Shown one piece after another: positions 61,590 to 64,000 of a DNA stretch of 64,000 nt. Under the pieces are notes generated by a model that worked only from the letters and a program-made list of their open reading frames with translations, was not told the DNA's origin and did not search any database. A program made the translations under genes and the position numbers. The stretch's first letter is position 1. Every line of letters begins with the position of its first letter. The stretch covers positions 775 to 64,774 of the forward strand of contig SBHG01000147.1 of assembly GCA_006226305.1 (NCBI GenBank). Reading direction: 5' to 3'. Source of the stretch: Alphaproteobacteria bacterium. Its GTDB lineage: Bacteria; Pseudomonadota; Alphaproteobacteria; M2410.

Positions 61590-63667
61590 AACGAGGACCT
61601 TTCCTCTTTCTCCTCAGAGTGCGCTTCCAGGTCACACAATGGCTCGGCATGATAATCCATGGCGACCATACGACCATTGATCCGCACCACGACCCCCATG
61701 AGGTCCTTTCTGGCGCTATAGACAATGAAATGGCGACGAATATTACCCGGCGCCACCCAATAGGCCTCGTCAGGGCTTTGCGGATTGTGCCCCACAATGA
61801 GAGGCGTATCGGAGGCGACCAGCAGGCTTTTTCGAAAACGTCGCACATTTGAGCGGGTGTATCCCGTCGGATGTCGAGGCGACCGCAGCCGGTTCCAGGT
61901 CAGCTCATTCACAAGCCCGGGATATTTCTTGACGTTGACGAGCGTTGCCGTATCCACCTGACTACGGGTCGGGCCCGCGTGCGAAGCAACATAGTCATCG
62001 GTCCGGGCAACGAGAGGCAATCTTTCAAAAAACCGCAAGATCGTCTCAGCATAGGCCTCGCCGCGCTCTTCGTTCAGCCACCTTCGAAACAACAACCCCT
62101 GCGGGACGCCTCCTTTTGACATGGCCGCGTCAAAACTTTCGTGATTGCCGCGAAGCATAAAGACGCTTTCGGGAAACCGAACTTTAAGCCTGAAGATTAG
62201 ATCCAGCATGACGCCAGAACTCACCATATCGTCCAGACCGTCTTCCCCCTCCGGGTGAACCACATCACCCAGCAAAAGAAGCAACGCTTTGCCGTGGGCA
62301 AGGTCGCGCAGGAAATTGTTCTCGCAAAGAATTTTGACCAGATTATCGATCTCGCCGTGAAGATCTCCGACAACAATCGGGTTCGGACCCTTTGGCAGTT
62401 CCAGCATTCCCCCTGGTTGACCTTCGTCGTCCAGAGGGCGAAACTTCTCATCCCGAAACAACAGAGTGGCCTGCCGCGCCAGGTCCAGAGCTTCGCTGGC
62501 CTCCAGCAACCCAAAAGGCCCTCCAAATATCTCCCGCAAAGCTCTTAAATTTTCAAACCGCAAATCATCCAGGCTCATATGTTCTTCCAGGCGCGCGACC
62601 TGTATGAGCGAACGGGTGCCGCGTGAGGAGATCACCAGCGTACCTCGATTGTTAAGCAATTGTACGGCATGCGGCGGAAAATCGGGCCGCAGGTTGAACA
62701 GCTTGGTCGTATTCTTATCGTGTCGACCAAAGTCCATTTCTTTGTTCATCTTAATCCGCAGCCGACCGAAAATGCCCCGTTTCATGGCCTGCGGATCAAG
62801 AATGAACCAATCGCGCGGATAGTCCTCACGCGCCTCGCCAATCGGGTGATCCGGCACCACCCAAAACTCATCATCATCAATGCGTATGCGAGCACCCTTG
62901 CCGCTATAGGGCACGCGCACCTTGCGATCCAGGATCTCAAAATGATCCCTCAGCCGCTGCGGGCCAACAAAACCCTTAACACCAAGCTGATGCATCAGAC
63001 GGGGCAACCCGCGGCTCGGCGTTGCTATTCGTTCAACGAGTGAAGGCGCTCCCGGAAGCAACTCCTCAACAGGCGGCGCGTCAAAGCCGTTCCGGTAATA
63101 AATCAGCAGTCCATTCGTTTGCAGATAATGACCGACGGCCAGATAGATTTCGTTCTGTTTTTGGACGATTTCCGGGGTCAGAAAAAGGTCAGCCGGATAA
63201 AGACCACTTTTGGCCCGCTCCTCCCGCCAAACGAAGGCCTTATCCGCGTCCGGCACCACAAACTCAAAAACGAACTTCCGGCGCCAATTCGTGATTGCAA
63301 AATCTCCAGCCTGTGGAGGGACCTGAATGCGATCAAAATCGATCTCAAGTGTGTCCCAATTGGCCAGCCACTCCTTGTCAAAGACCGTCAGCGCCTCTTT
63401 CACACCCTTATAAGGAACCCCCAGATGCACCTCGCGCGGCCGCAACGACAGGTCCCGCGACTGCCACCAATTGTTGCGCGACAGATCAAGATACCCCTCC
63501 AGAGGCCACCCTCGCAGACGCCGGACGATCGTCGATTTGCCTGACCCCGGCGGGCCCGTAATGATGAACTGGCGGAAGCGAAACCCGGAAGGAAACAAAC
63601 TTCCCCGGATATTCTGCGAATCTTCGATCTCCGCAAAAACTTCAGGAATGGAACCTTGGATTGTCAA
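61586..63667 (-). CDS. 693-aa multidomain protein: N-terminal P-loop NTPase (kinase-like), central FHA-like segment, C-terminal PPP-type metallophosphatase
   Basis: Walker A GPPGSGKST at aa 38-46. Metallophosphatase motifs occur in order: GDLHG (434-438), GDVVHPEG (467-474), RGNHE (506-510), SHAG (562-565), VGHN (625-628). aa 255-360 contain FGRHDKN...PPHAVQL...SSRGTRSLIQV. Confidence 0.75.
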   Translation of the reverse strand: MTIQGSIPEVFAEIEDSQNIRGSLFPSGFRFRQFIITGPPGSGKSTIVRRLRGWPLEGYLDLSRNNWWQSRDLSLRPREVHLGVPYKGVKEALTVFDKEWLANWDTLEIDFDRIQVPPQAGDFAITNWRRKFVFEFVVPDADKAFVWREERAKSGLYPADLFLTPEIVQKQNEIYLAVGHYLQTNGLLIYYRNGFDAPPVEELLPGAPSLVERIATPSRGLPRLMHQLGVKGFVGPQRLRDHFEILDRKVRVPYSGKGARIRIDDDEFWVVPDHPIGEAREDYPRDWFILDPQAMKRGIFGRLRIKMNKEMDFGRHDKNTTKLFNLRPDFPPHAVQLLNNRGTLVISSRGTRSLIQVARLEEHMSLDDLRFENLRALREIFGGPFGLLEASEALDLARQATLLFRDEKFRPLDDEGQPGGMLELPKGPNPIVVGDLHGEIDNLVKILCENNFLRDLAHGKALLLLLGDVVHPEGEDGLDDMVSSGVMLDLIFRLKVRFPESVFMLRGNHESFDAAMSKGGVPQGLLFRRWLNEERGEAYAETILRFFERLPLVARTDDYVASHAGPTRSQVDTATLVNVKKYPGLVNELTWNRLRSPRHPTGYTRSNVRRFRKSLLVASDTPLIVGHNPQSPDEAYWVAPGNIRRHFIVYSARKDLMGVVVRINGRMVAMDYHAEPLCDLEAHSEEKEERSSF

Positions 63668-63932
63668 TGTTGGCCGCCGGTGCTGGAATCACTGCCCACC
63701 ATTTTAGGTTTCTCCGGGCAAACAACAAACCCTTTACAAGGGGGAAATTGATGATGTTCGCCCCTCGCCCCCTCCACATTGGAGTGCCTTACTGACCACC
63801 CCACTCACTGCCTCGGCGCGCCTCGTTCAATACGGCGCAAATCCGCATTTCTTGCGATTTTGGGCGCAAAAGCCCGGGTTTTGCGGGAAAAAATGCTTGC
63901 CCTGTCCGCCCAAGTCCTTTATCCCCGCCGGT

Positions 63933-64000
63933 GGAGAGGTGGCCGAGTGGTCGAAGGCGCTCCCCTGCTAAGGGAGTAGGCGAGGAATCGTCTCGAGGGT
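63933..64000 (+). tRNA. tRNA-Ser (anticodon GCU), 3' end cut by the window end
   Basis: GGAGAGG-TG-GCC-GAGTGGTCGAA-GGC-G-CTCCC-CTGCTAA-GGGAG, then a long variable arm TAGGCGAGGAATCGTCTC and the start of the T arm GAGGGT. Confidence 0.88.

Overview
The window reads as a gene-dense alphaproteobacterial chromosome segment, mostly conserved housekeeping genes. This assignment rests on gene content and order: ctaA-DUF2842, ihfA-MerR, rpoZ-spoT-pyrE-pdxJ-acpS-lepB-rnc-era-recO-parC, ALA synthase, H+-pyrophosphatase and orfA-pit. Recognisable blocks are: yceD-rpmF-plsX-fabH-ihfA; nrdR-ribD-ribE-ribBX-ribH-nusB-thiL; glyA and hemA; icmF and hemB; a TRAP transporter; the rpoZ-to-parC cluster; smpB and dapA; ilvD; and orfA-pit. 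There are two tRNAs: tRNA-Pro(GGG), and tRNA-Ser(GCU) cut by the window end. I found no rRNA, CRISPR array, IS element, integrase or prophage. Four regions are not ordinary. (1) 61586-63667 is an orphan 693-aa fusion of a P-loop domain, an FHA-like segment and a PPP-type metallophosphatase, next to tRNA-Ser; I cannot place it in a described family. (2) About 21.1-24.2 kb is a low-GC islet. It holds a secreted protein with a TIMP/NTR-like Cys-x-Cys module, TPR-like helices and pentapeptide repeats, broken by a 1-nt deletion, plus a CPBP protease. (3) 2661-3717 holds two tandem paralogous membrane-anchored unknowns beside tRNA-Pro. (4) Three smaller items: a compact three-way-junction RNA fold in the glyA leader, an unlisted 26-codon membrane-peptide ORF, and a Pho-box-like repeat upstream of orfA-pit. 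All calls come from reading translations and motifs by eye. No database search was run.
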